Shown: positions 48,982-60,954, counted from the first letter of the stretch. The stretch: 64,000 nucleotides of DNA from a candidate division TM6 bacterium GW2011_GWF2_37_49 (GCA_945861145.1 CAMATL010000005.1:2653-66652), one strand, 5' to 3'. The notes: generated by a model not told the origin, from the sequence alone. Program-made: numbers and translations.

Positions 48982-50301
48982 ATGACGACGCGCCTAAGAA
49001 ATTTTTTATTATTATTGAGCCTCGGGTTATCTCAGGTTGGTTTTGCTACGCCTGAGATTTGTTCCGAGAATGTTTATTTGGTATCTCCTGATTTTTTGCA
49101 TAACGTTGTTGATTTGCCTGAGGCTTTAGCGAGCGCTCAGGAAGCTTTTGAAGCAATTTATTTCGATAAATTGATCGGGAATAAAGAATTTTTTGATGAT
49201 TGTTATAATAACAACCTTGTTATAAGTACCGCAATTAACAGTGATTTTTCCAGTAATGGCGCTGTGCTTATGAAATTAATAGATTTCTTGGAGCAAAAAA
49301 ACGATTTAGAGATTCTCTGCAAGCTTAATAATTATTTTTATATTTTATTTCATCAGCACTTGGCGCACTTAGAAATTCCTCGTGAAAAGCAAGTGGCAAT
49401 GACCAGCGCGCTCTACTACCTTTACCATAATCCAGCAAGCAATGAAGTTTTGCGTTCGGTGCTAACTCGTATTTTTATACACACCGTCATGGTAGAGATA
49501 AAACGTTTTAGGCACTCAAGGAAGAAAGAATTGCTACTTCTTACCTATGAGTATTTTCGCTCGGTATTAAACAATTTAGCCGCTAATCCCACCGCTAACA
49601 TTGAAGTTTTCAATAAGGTAAATGCTTTTGTTGATGACTTTGCAGCCTATTCTATACAAGCGCCAATTGTAAGCTCTGGAAATATCAAGTACTGGTTAAC
49701 TGTAACAGCAACAGTTTCCGCAGTGGCTCTTATTGGTGTTGGTAGTGTTTGGTACGTCGGCGAGCATTTTGGCACGTGGGATAATTTTTGGAATCATATC
49801 GGCAGGAGAATATCAGGCATGGCTGCTGCTGGGGTTAACGGCATGGTTAAGGCTATTGCTTATGAATACGACCCTGAGACAGGAGAGCCTATACTGATTG
49901 ATCCTCTAACTGGGCAGCCTATCCCTGCTGGTGGTGTTGGTGGCATAGAAAAACCAAATCCACATACCGAGAAATTGTTTAAATCTCTTAGTAGAGGTTT
50001 GATTGAAGGGGTTGTGTATGATTTAGATCCTGTTACTGGACAACCAATACTGGATGCTAGTGGACAACCAATGCCGAACAGAGCTTTGCAAAGAGGTGTG
50101 CATAACCCTCTTGAAAGTATTAACGCAACACTTCGCGGCATAAGAGCAGAGCAAGCGGTTATTAATATTCCTATTCCATTTTACGGAAATCTGCCTGTAA
50201 TGGCTATGGGATTAGAAGCAAGGCCCCTAGTAGCACCTCCAATAGTACCTCCTGCACCACGGCAGGGTATGCTTGGTTTGGGTTGGAGAATCGGTCTATA
50301 A
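48982..50301 (+). CDS. Hypothetical exported/membrane protein, paralog of 44922..46610
   Basis: FFDDCYNNNLVIS..SNG..MKLIDFLE..FHQHLAHLEIPREKQV shared with the paralog; signal peptide; TM segment. Confidence 0.8.
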   Translation: MTTRLRNFLLLLSLGLSQVGFATPEICSENVYLVSPDFLHNVVDLPEALASAQEAFEAIYFDKLIGNKEFFDDCYNNNLVISTAINSDFSSNGAVLMKLIDFLEQKNDLEILCKLNNYFYILFHQHLAHLEIPREKQVAMTSALYYLYHNPASNEVLRSVLTRIFIHTVMVEIKRFRHSRKKELLLLTYEYFRSVLNNLAANPTANIEVFNKVNAFVDDFAAYSIQAPIVSSGNIKYWLTVTATVSAVALIGVGSVWYVGEHFGTWDNFWNHIGRRISGMAAAGVNGMVKAIAYEYDPETGEPILIDPLTGQPIPAGGVGGIEKPNPHTEKLFKSLSRGLIEGVVYDLDPVTGQPILDASGQPMPNRALQRGVHNPLESINATLRGIRAEQAVINIPIPFYGNLPVMAMGLEARPLVAPPIVPPAPRQGMLGLGWRIGL

Positions 50302-50316
50302 TTCAAAAAATTCATA

Positions 50317-50367
50317 AAATAAAAAAGCGGGGCAAAGATTTGTAATCTTTGCCCCGCTTTTTTATTT
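50317..50367. terminator. Bidirectional rho-independent terminator
   Basis: AAATAAAAAAGCGGGGCAAAGATT-tgt-AATCTTTGCCCCGCTTTTTTATTT between convergent genes. Confidence 0.85.
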
Positions 50368-50387
50368 AACGTAGATATAAAATGGAA

Positions 50388-51809
50388 TTAGCTTACTTCT
50401 TGTTTATTGGTTTTTAGCATTAAAAAAATAGCTGCAAAGCCACCTAAAAATCCAGGAATCATTGCTGGGATTGGGGTATTCAAGAGTGGCCACAAGGCGG
50501 CAGCAATGCCCCCGGCAAGAATGCAATAAAAAGCACCCTGAACGCTTGTTCTTACGCCACACACTGAGGCTAACATGAGTGGTCCAAAAGTGCAGCCAAG
50601 CCCTGTCCATGCATATTTTACAAGAGCGAAGATACCAATATTATGGTTGTGATAAGCAATGAGCAATGAAAGTGCGCAGATACCGATCACGCTTAAGCGT
50701 GAAATAAGAACAATAGCCTTATCGGTAAGCTTCTTGAAAAAAGGTCTAAATAGATCTTCTGAAAGGACTGAAGCCGAAACGAGGACTTGAGCTCCCATAA
50801 CGTTGATAGCTGTTGCAAGAATTGCGCAGAGCACTAATCCTGCGACAAAGGTAGGAAGCAACTGCTGTACGAGATAAATGAAAATAAACTCATTTTTAGC
50901 AAGCCCATTTGGAAAATAGAGCATGCCGACAAAACCTACCAACACGGCAGCTGTTAGTGTTATTGCTTGCCAGGAGAGGCCAATCCATTGAGCCTTTTTT
51001 ATTGTAGTGACATCACGAATTCCCATGAATTTGGTAATGATGTGTGGCTGGCCAAAATAGCCAAGTCCCCAGATGACTTCGCCAAGAACAATATATAAAT
51101 CATGCTTATTGAGCTGTGGAAAAATATTAAGAGAAATCTGCTTTATTGATGCAAAATCTCTGATTGATGGGAGAATCCCCTGTGCTGTTGCTGGCAACAT
51201 GTAGAGTGCGTACGAAGGAACAAAAATAATGGCTGCAAGTAAAAATAGGCCTTGAAAAAAGTCAATCCAAGAGATAGAAAGAAAGCCCCCAAGAAGGACA
51301 TAAAAAACAACGAGCGCTCCTATGCAAATACCGAGAGTGTATGAAAGACCAAAGGCTGATTCAAAGAGTAGCCCCAGCGTGATAAGGTTTGCTGAAATAT
51401 AGATAGTAAAAAAATAGAGACAGAATAGTGCGCTTGTCACGCGTAGCAGGCCGTTGGTATCGCCAAAATGTTTTTCAAAAAAAGTAGAAAGCGTCATAGC
51501 ATTGTACTTTTCACTCAAAACGCGGATGCGCGGCGCGACGATTTTCCAGTTTAAGTACATGAAAAAAGTAAGACTGATTGCGGTCCATATTTGCAGTGTG
51601 CCTGTAGCGTAAATCATCGCTGGAAAGCCCATAAAAAGCCAACCACTCATATCGCTTGCATGTGCTGCGATTGCAGTTACCCATGGCCCTGAAGAGCGAC
51701 CGCCAAGTGCGAAATCAGCAGCGTTTCTGCTGCGCATGTACGCGGCATAGCCGATAACAAGAAGAATGGAAAGGTATATAGCAAAAGCGATGAGCATAAG
51801 CATATTCAT
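50388..51809 (-). CDS. putP: Sodium/proline symporter (SSS family)
   Basis: DFALGGR..GPWVTAIAAHASDMSGWLFMGFP, DFFQG, WGLGYFGQPHI, YAWTGLG..FGP. Confidence 0.9.
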   Translation of the reverse strand: MNMLMLIAFAIYLSILLVIGYAAYMRSRNAADFALGGRSSGPWVTAIAAHASDMSGWLFMGFPAMIYATGTLQIWTAISLTFFMYLNWKIVAPRIRVLSEKYNAMTLSTFFEKHFGDTNGLLRVTSALFCLYFFTIYISANLITLGLLFESAFGLSYTLGICIGALVVFYVLLGGFLSISWIDFFQGLFLLAAIIFVPSYALYMLPATAQGILPSIRDFASIKQISLNIFPQLNKHDLYIVLGEVIWGLGYFGQPHIITKFMGIRDVTTIKKAQWIGLSWQAITLTAAVLVGFVGMLYFPNGLAKNEFIFIYLVQQLLPTFVAGLVLCAILATAINVMGAQVLVSASVLSEDLFRPFFKKLTDKAIVLISRLSVIGICALSLLIAYHNHNIGIFALVKYAWTGLGCTFGPLMLASVCGVRTSVQGAFYCILAGGIAAALWPLLNTPIPAMIPGFLGGFAAIFLMLKTNKQEVS

Positions 51810-51843
51810 AAAAAACCTTTTCTCTAGGTTAAGTCTGCTCATA

Positions 51844-51883
51844 TCCTTCGAGACAGCCCGTTGGGCTTCCTCAGGATGAGCGG
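51844..51883. repeat. REP-like palindrome of a second type
   Basis: TCCTTCGAGACAGCCCGTTGGGCTTCCTCAGGATGAGCGG. Confidence 0.5.
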
Positions 51884-52016
51884 GTTATTTTTCAGTACGA
51901 GTTATTTTCTCATACCGCTCGGCCTGCGGCTGTTTTTTGATGCCGAATTCTGGACCAAAGTCGACTCATATTTGGTATGCTAGTTTTTTATTATGAGTTG
52001 GATTTTTATATTTTTG

Positions 52017-52044
52017 CTGGATCCCCGATCAAGTCGGGGACGAC
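52017..52044. repeat. REP-like palindrome identical to 16601-16628
   Basis: CTGGATCCCCGATCAAGTCGGGGACGAC, 28/28 identical. Confidence 0.85.
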
Positions 52045-52139
52045 AGAAGCTACAAAATAATCACCTATTAAAACAAATTTAGGCGAGCAATTCATGCCAT
52101 TATTGTACAAAATCACAAAAGCACGGTTACTTGTTGAAA

Positions 52140-54056
52140 TTACTCAACAGTCACTGATTTAGCAAGATTTCTGGGTCGATCTATTGGCCTGCCCAGAACG
52201 CGAGTGATGTGGTAAACAAAAAATTGCATGAGGCCTGTCATTGCTAGAGGCGCAAGAAGCGGCTTGACGCGCGGGATAATGAATACTGTATCGGCAAGAT
52301 CAATAAGCTCTTGTTGCCCTTCAAATGCAAAGATTACGAGGTGGCCATTGCGCGCCTTAACCTCTTGAGCATTAGATATAATCTTCCAATACAAAACATC
52401 ATCGAGAACTGAAAATAGAATGACGGGTGTTTTTTCATCAATAAGTGCTATGGGGCCGTGCTTAAGTTCGCCGGCAGGGTAGCATTGTGAAAAAATATAA
52501 GAAATTTCTTTAAGCTTAAGTGCTGCTTCAAGTGCAAATGGGTAATTGATATGGCGTCCCAAAAATATGAAGCGCTCAAACTTTGCATACTTTGGTGCGA
52601 GCTCATTAACAATTTTAAATTTATAATTTTCGATTACTGTCTCGAGAATTTCTGCTGCAATAAAAAGATCTTCTTCTGCTTCGTGCATATCGTTCCAGCT
52701 TATGGTGCCACGTTCTAGTGCGACACGATTTGCTAGCCAATACAAGGTAGCAACTTGCGTTGAAAAAGCCTTAGTTGAAGCGACTGAAATTTCTGGACCA
52801 GCTTGCATAGGCAAAAAACCACCGGCTTCTCGTACCATGGTGCTTGAAGCAACATTGGTGATGGCCATTGTTGGCAACTCAAACGAATTTACCAAGCGCA
52901 ATGCCTCGAGGGTGTCGGCTGTTTCGCCTGACTGTGAAATAAAAACATAAGCGGAATCATCTTTAGGGAAAAAAGGCATGTAGCGAAATTCTGATGCTAG
53001 TGATACTTGGCATGGAATTTTTGCGATCATTTCGAAGAAAAATTGTGCGATGCGGCCTGCATGCCATGAAGTACCTGCAGCAATTAAATTGATTGATTTT
53101 AAGCGCTTAACTTGATCTTTTGTCACGCTGAGTTGGCGCCAAATTTGATCGCTGTATTCATCTTCTAGGTGAGAATGCTTGAATGAATCAACTATAGAAT
53201 CTGAATACTTACTTGTTTTATTACCAATCAATCTGCAGAAATAAATAGTGCGTGTGATGGCTCGTTTTTGCTCATAAATCTCTTTGAGCATGTAGTGCTC
53301 AAACCCATCTTTATCGATTGCAGCATATTTTTGATCAATAGGCTCAAATATTGGTGTGAGTTTATTGCCTGCAAAATCAAAAAGCTCTATTGATCCTGCG
53401 CTAAGCAGAGCAAAGCTGTTGTCTGGCATAAAGCATGCATCAGTAGCTTTATCTGAAAAAGCAGCAAGGTCTGACGCGACGTAAACATCATTGTTGGTTT
53501 TAGCAATTACGATTGGTGAGCGATGGCGTAAAACAACTAAATGATTTGGTTGTTTCTCAAACATAAGCACCATTGCATAAGCGCCATGAATTTTTTTAAC
53601 CAATTCAGTGCACACCTGCGCTAACGATCCATATTGGTCGTACATATCGCTTGCGATATGCGCGATAACTTCTGTATCAGTGGCAGAGTGAAAATGATGA
53701 TTTCTTTCTAAAAGATCTTTACGTAATGCTTCATAATTTTCTATCACACCATTGTGAACAACGGCTACCGTATTATCACAATTAAAATGTGGATGAGCGT
53801 TTTTTTGATCAGCAACACCATGTGTCGCCCAACGCGTATGCCCCATGCCAATATGGCCATCAAAGCGAGCTGCTTCGTTCATTCTTTTGATTAGAGAGAC
53901 GCCACCAGCTTCTTTGTGGAACACAAAATGCTGATGCTTGGGATCGATACAGACAATTCCTGCAGAGTCATAGCCACGGTATTCAAGGCGAGCGAGCCCT
54001 TCGAGAACGAATTGCTTACAAGTGCCTTCACCAACGTAACCAACAATCCCACACAT
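52140..54056 (-). CDS. glmS: Glutamine--fructose-6-phosphate aminotransferase
   Basis: MCGIVG, LEYRGYDSAG, GHTRWATHG, SQSGETADTL, VASTKAF, RNLAKSVTVE. Confidence 0.97.
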   Translation of the reverse strand: MCGIVGYVGEGTCKQFVLEGLARLEYRGYDSAGIVCIDPKHQHFVFHKEAGGVSLIKRMNEAARFDGHIGMGHTRWATHGVADQKNAHPHFNCDNTVAVVHNGVIENYEALRKDLLERNHHFHSATDTEVIAHIASDMYDQYGSLAQVCTELVKKIHGAYAMVLMFEKQPNHLVVLRHRSPIVIAKTNNDVYVASDLAAFSDKATDACFMPDNSFALLSAGSIELFDFAGNKLTPIFEPIDQKYAAIDKDGFEHYMLKEIYEQKRAITRTIYFCRLIGNKTSKYSDSIVDSFKHSHLEDEYSDQIWRQLSVTKDQVKRLKSINLIAAGTSWHAGRIAQFFFEMIAKIPCQVSLASEFRYMPFFPKDDSAYVFISQSGETADTLEALRLVNSFELPTMAITNVASSTMVREAGGFLPMQAGPEISVASTKAFSTQVATLYWLANRVALERGTISWNDMHEAEEDLFIAAEILETVIENYKFKIVNELAPKYAKFERFIFLGRHINYPFALEAALKLKEISYIFSQCYPAGELKHGPIALIDEKTPVILFSVLDDVLYWKIISNAQEVKARNGHLVIFAFEGQQELIDLADTVFIIPRVKPLLAPLAMTGLMQFFVYHITRVLGRPIDRPRNLAKSVTVE

Positions 54057-54079
54057 CTTGTTCTTTCTCGATTAATAGA

Positions 54080-54118
54080 TACGAAAAATGGCCTGTAAAG
54101 CACAGGCCATTTTTCGTA
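54080..54118. terminator. Hairpin after rpsI
   Basis: TACGAAAAATGGCCTGT-aaagc-ACAGGCCATTTTTCGTA. Confidence 0.7.
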
Positions 54119-54137
54119 CTGAATTTGTATTTGAAGA

Positions 54138-54551
54138 TTACCGCTTAACGAATTGGAACTTAGCACGAGCGCCTCGTTGGCCGTACTTCTTACGTTCTTT
54201 CTTACGAGCGTCTACGGTTATTAAACCGTTCTCACGTAAAATTCTTCGCAAGGTCTCATCATTTATTAGGATAGCACGTGAGATAGCAAGGCTTACAGCG
54301 CCAGCCTGGCCCATCATGCCACCACCATTAACGTTTACCTGGATATTAAACTTTTTATCAAGCCCGGTAAGTTTCAGCGGGTTTACGACGCAATCACGCG
54401 CAATATCCGTGTCAAAGTAAGTGGCATGTGTTTTACCGTTTACTTCAATCTGTCCTGAACCTTGTCTTAACCAAACACGCGCAACTGATGACTTACGGCG
54501 GCCAACACCATGTACTGGATGTTCAGCTTGTGCCTTTTGTAAATTTTTCAT
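54138..54551 (-). CDS. rpsI: 30S ribosomal protein S9
   Basis: GRRKSSVARV, GGGMMGQAGAV, KERKKYG..AR..QFVKR. Confidence 0.96.
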   Translation of the reverse strand: MKNLQKAQAEHPVHGVGRRKSSVARVWLRQGSGQIEVNGKTHATYFDTDIARDCVVNPLKLTGLDKKFNIQVNVNGGGMMGQAGAVSLAISRAILINDETLRRILRENGLITVDARKKERKKYGQRGARAKFQFVKR

Positions 54552-54662
54552 AAACCCTTACGCCTTATACGACTTTGTACAACAACACTTGGTGTCATAA
54601 CGCCAGCTAGGAAGATAATAAAATTCGCGGGGTTTGTCAAAATAGTTTAACCCCGGCCGAAC

Positions 54663-54737
54663 TGGAGCCGATGATCGGACTTGAACCGACGGCCTACTGA
54701 TTACGAATCAGTTGCTCTACCACTGAGCTACATCGGC
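54663..54737 (-). tRNA. tRNA-Thr(CGT)
   Basis: ACTGA-TT CGT AA-TCAGT; 3' CCA. Confidence 0.95.
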
Positions 54738-54779
54738 ACGACCCATAGTGTAAAAAATTTACCAAATCTTCAAATATTT

Positions 54780-55124
54780 TTATTCTTCAAATGCTTCCTG
54801 ACAAACAATGCATCTGGCAGCATACGGAAAGTTTTCTAGTCGACATACTCCAATTTGCTCATCGCAATCTATGCATAGGCCATATTCATCGCGTTCGATT
54901 CTTTGAAGTGCATCTTCTATAAGCCTAAGCTCGTCGATTTCCGTTTGCTGGAGGGAATCTTGGAGTTTTTCCATTGTCAAGGAAAGAGCTTCATCGCCAC
55001 TGTCTTGAACTTGACCATCCGAAACTTTTTCAGATGCTGATCTTGAAAGGCCAGAAGCCATATCAATTTGCCGCGCCAAGAGCTGATCTTTAATCTTCGT
55101 AAGAAGGTCAGATCTTTGCTTCAC
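54780..55124 (-). CDS. DksA/TraR-family C4 zinc-finger protein
   Basis: DSGDEA coiled-coil tip, ALQRIE..YGLCIDC..RL..P.A..CIVC. Confidence 0.9.
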   Translation of the reverse strand: MKQRSDLLTKIKDQLLARQIDMASGLSRSASEKVSDGQVQDSGDEALSLTMEKLQDSLQQTEIDELRLIEDALQRIERDEYGLCIDCDEQIGVCRLENFPYAARCIVCQEAFEE

Positions 55125-55600
55125 GATAGTCCTTTCTTTTTTGCTCTAGTGAGCTTAAAAAAGAGTTTTAGCAACTCGGCGCACTCTTGTTCTCGCACGC
55201 CAGAGATAACGTGAACTCTTTTTTCATAAAATGAAAAATCAAGATTAGTTTTCCCTAGGCCTGTGCCAAAGAGGGGTGACGTTGCACCAAAGCATATTCC
55301 GTCAATCCTGCTCAACTGTATCAAGCCTAAGCACATCAAACAAGGCTCAAGGGTAACATATAACCAATATCCGTTCAATCTCCAAGTTTTTAATTTTTTA
55401 TTTGCCTTAGCAATTGCTTGCGCCTCAGCATGGGCGAGTTGTGTTGTTTTGTGTTCAACAAGATTGTAGCCCTTACTTACTACGGTGCCAAATTGATCGA
55501 CCAAGACTGCACCAATAGGTACTTCGCCGCGATCTAAGCTTTTTTTTGCCTCGCATAGTGCTAGCGCCATGCCGGCTTCATGATTATGAATCTGCTTCAT
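55121..55600 (-). CDS. tadA: tRNA adenosine deaminase (TadA family)
   Basis: GEVPIGAV, AHAE, WRL..LYVTLEPCLMC. Confidence 0.88.
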   Translation of the reverse strand: MKQIHNHEAGMALALCEAKKSLDRGEVPIGAVLVDQFGTVVSKGYNLVEHKTTQLAHAEAQAIAKANKKLKTWRLNGYWLYVTLEPCLMCLGLIQLSRIDGICFGATSPLFGTGLGKTNLDFSFYEKRVHVISGVREQECAELLKLFFKLTRAKKKGLS

Positions 55601-55738
55601 TAGAAGATCTTTTTGCCCCAAATGTAAAGCTTTGCTATACTACTTTTCTAAGATTTTGAGTTTTTTAACACACTGAGCACTATACTACGATACGCATTTT
55701 TTTTTCTAGAGTTTTTAGCAGATAGTTTTTGGTGATAA

Positions 55739-58183
<2,445 letters not shown>

Positions 58184-58203
58184 AGCTTTTTATATTTCAG
58201 AAG

Positions 58204-58240
58204 CAAAGAAGGCTAAGGAAAATTTCCTTGGCCTTCTTTG
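58204..58240 (+). terminator. Terminator after gyrB
   Basis: CAAAGAAGGCTAAGGAAA-a-TTTCCTTGGCCTTCTTTG followed by TTTT. Confidence 0.7.
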
Positions 58241-58384
58241 TTTTAAAAACGCGCTTGATCTTAGAGGCGTGTTTCTAATCTGTAAAAAGCAAAAAGGCCT
58301 TTATTTTTAGATGCTTCATGATATTGTTCACTCAAATAGTTCTTTTATCGCAATGCGTATAACTACTTTAATGAAAGGGCCATT

Positions 58385-58798
58385 ATGGAAACAGTGGAAC
58401 TATTCTTGAAGATGAGATGTGACAAGTGTGGAAAGGAGATGCATCTATTTGAATTTCTTACTTATGCTGAAGCATATTTACTCAAAGCTATCGTTATAGC
58501 GTCGGTACCATTTGTTCTAGCAGCAATAAAGAATCTGTTATTGACGCCAACCAGGGGCTTAATAAATGATACTATGGCAGGATTGGCGAATAATTTTAAA
58601 ATAAAATGTCCAAAATGTAAAAAGCGTTGTTGCTGGGAAGCGCTTTCGGAATCTAATAAAGGAACTGTTGTTCAATTAGCTGGTCAATGCGAAAAGGCTC
58701 AAGAAAATGATAAATTTCCATTGGTAGATAAACCTACGACAACAAAGAATAAAAGAGCAAAAAACAAATCAACTACAGTAGAGCAACCGTCTGTTTAA
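58385..58798 (+). CDS. Hypothetical protein with split zinc-ribbon (two CxxC)
   Basis: RCDKCGK...KCPKCKK with a hydrophobic segment between; GAAAGGG RBS. Confidence 0.7.
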   Translation: METVELFLKMRCDKCGKEMHLFEFLTYAEAYLLKAIVIASVPFVLAAIKNLLLTPTRGLINDTMAGLANNFKIKCPKCKKRCCWEALSESNKGTVVQLAGQCEKAQENDKFPLVDKPTTTKNKRAKNKSTTVEQPSV

Positions 58799-58825
58799 TT
58801 AAATAAAAGTTGAGGGGAGAGTATT

Positions 58826-59320
58826 ATGAAGCTATTTCTTTATAGGGTTGCGATGGTGGCATTGTTAAATTCGCCTTCTTTCAGCATTGCTCAGAGTCGT
58901 AGTATTGAAGAGGCAGCAACTTTACAAATAGTTGCTAAGTGGGAAGACCGTTTTACAGGACTCTATAAAGCAGCTTTTGCCTATGAGGCTGTATGTGGTA
59001 ACGCTCCTGAAATTAAGTGTAAAAATTGTACTAAGAGGTTGCCTTATTACGAATATCTAGGTGCCTTACTGGGGCAGACAATTCAGAATCTGACAAAAGA
59101 TCCAAGCTCTTTTAGTGTGACTGAAGCATTTTTAAGTGAGCTTGAGGGTTTATTTTTGAAAAAAAATTCTGATGCTGTAGCAGCTTTTATTATTCAGAGC
59201 TTAGAGGGTGATAAAAAAATAATGGACTATCCTTGTAATTCAGTTTCGTGTCGTAAAAAAAAGCTTGCTAATGCTGGTTGGAAAGAGCTAAAAACAGCTA
59301 AAACTCGTCATAAAAAATAA
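58826..59320 (+). CDS. Hypothetical exported Cys-motif protein, likely related to 58385..58798
   Basis: Signal peptide; KCKNCTKRLPYYEYL..PCNSVSC; GAGGGGAG RBS. Confidence 0.7.
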   Translation: MKLFLYRVAMVALLNSPSFSIAQSRSIEEAATLQIVAKWEDRFTGLYKAAFAYEAVCGNAPEIKCKNCTKRLPYYEYLGALLGQTIQNLTKDPSSFSVTEAFLSELEGLFLKKNSDAVAAFIIQSLEGDKKIMDYPCNSVSCRKKKLANAGWKELKTAKTRHKK

Positions 59321-59444
59321 AATCTGCGAAAATAAATAAATTTTTCTTTGTTGGGTTCTTTATACGTATCTACCACGAACGTGATAATAATCTCCCTTGA
59401 TAAGATGGTTTTTTGAGCCCCTTTCAATACATTGAGAAATTATT

Positions 59445-59474
59445 GGAGATAGCGATATCGTTATCTCCTTTTTT
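59445..59474 (+). terminator. Terminator-like hairpin
   Basis: GGAGATAGCGAT-ATCGTTATCTCC followed by a T-run. Confidence 0.55.
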
Positions 59475-59487
59475 ATTAAAAATCTCC

Positions 59488-59518
59488 TTGACCCTTACGT
59501 TACCTTATACCGTAGGCT
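59488..59518 (+). promoter_or_regulatory. MerR-type promoter with 19-bp spacer
   Basis: TTGACC-N19(CTTACGTTACCTTATACCG)-TAGGCT directly upstream of the merR-like gene. Confidence 0.65.
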
Positions 59519-59540
59519 GTTTTTTAAGGAGGAAAACGAT

Positions 59541-60125
59541 ATGAATTGCTTTGTAAAAGAATTTAGTCAATTAACTAAGGTATCGGTGCGTACGCTGCAT
59601 CATTATGACGATATCGGCTTATTGAAGGCTTCTTTGCGCTCATCAGGGAACTATCGTTTGTACTCTGAGGTTGATTTGCTCAAGCTGCAGTGCATTGTGG
59701 CACTGAAGTTTTTTGGTTTTAGCCTCGAGCAAATCAAGGTATTGATAAAACAGAATGCTGCTGTTGTGGCGCAGCTTAAAGCGCAACAACCTTGTTTGCA
59801 AGAGCAGCTACAACAGCAGCAACAAGCAGTTGCGAGCATTCACGAGCTCATCCTTTCGGCCGAGGCGGGTGAGCACTTGGAGTGGGCAAAGATTGCAGAA
59901 TCTTAAAGGTATACGATATGAAAAAGAATTTGACTGAAGCGTTGATTAATCGCGTTTTTTCACCGGAACAAATTGCGTTGTCTGCTAAGAATATGGCGCG
60001 TTTCACCGAAGAAGAGCTTGCCGACCAGGAGCGACGTGGTGCTGCATTGTGGCAAAGGTAAAAGCTAACCTTGATAAAGATCCTACCTCTGCTTTTAGGT
60101 TGAAGCTAGCGCAAGAATGGTTGGA
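59541..60125 (+). pseudogene. MerR-family (TipA/Mta-like) regulator, frameshifted and truncated
   Basis: VSVRTLHHYDDIGLL..NYRLY HTH. After the stop at 59906 the homology continues in other frames (LKVYDMKK..FSPEQ..FTEEELAD; VKANLDKDPTS..LAQEW) and ends at the transposase fragment. Confidence 0.75.
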
Positions 60126-60599
60126 TTATACTGGTGTGTCCAATTTGCGCTTTTTCATCTCTAGCTGCGTGATTGCATATGCCAATAAAACAGCCGCAAC
60201 GTGATTGTGCTGAAGCTGAAGTGATCTCGACTGACATTCTTGCAATCCAAGTGATTGCTTGCTTCTTCTAAAGATCATTTCAATGGCCCATCGCTTTTGA
60301 TAATGTGCTACGTGAGCTTCTGGGCGAGCTTTATAAGTAGCTACTTGAAATACAATGCTTTCATTTCCATGCTTATCAATGCGACGCACTATTGTTATTT
60401 CTAGGTCAATGTTATGCCATTTTAAAGAGACCGCTCTGCAAGTCTGGCGCCCCCTTGGTCTTACATTTCTTTCTAAAACAAGCTGCTTGGGTGATAATTT
60501 CTTTCCTTTGTAGACAACAACACAACTACTTCTCATCCGCATTTCAGCTTTGACTTTATTTTCAATGCACCAGGTTAATAGAAGAAGCAACCGATACAT
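60126..60599 (-). mobile_element. DDE transposase C-terminal fragment (IS701/IS4-like)
   Basis: YQKRWAIEMIFRRSKQSLGLQECQSRS..HNHV..VLLAY; the N-terminal half is absent. Confidence 0.75.
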
Positions 60600-60626
60600 A
60601 TGCTTTTTTATTCAAAATATTTGATA

Positions 60627-60954
60627 TGAAATTTCGTAACTCCCCAGGTACCCTAACGGTGGTGACAAAAAACTTAAATTACTGCATTGGAAGCAATTTT
60701 CCTGTCATCCCGGGGAAGGGGCCACGGGATCCATATTAGATATAAAATTCAACTACAAAACAGACTTGAAAAACCACAAATATTTGTCAATTTTGCCGAT
60801 CAGATCAAGATTCTCGCTGGATCCCAGGGCCCCCAAACCCCGGGATGACAGGACTTTAGTTCCATGCTCATGTTAATTTAAATACGTGCAGTGGATCGTA
60901 TAATTTATTAATTTTAAGTTGTTGCATTGGTACCTGGGGAGTTACGAAATTTCA
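60627..60954. repeat. 26-bp perfect inverted repeats enclosing a REP-like palindrome pair
   Basis: TGAAATTTCGTAACTCCCCAGGTACC (60627-60652) / GGTACCTGGGGAGTTACGAAATTTCA (60929-60954); inner arms 60700-60733 and 60818-60853. Confidence 0.85.

Noticed and set aside
54057-54137. glmS ribozyme upstream of glmS
   Set aside because: The gap is only ~80 bp and is occupied by the rpsI terminator hairpin
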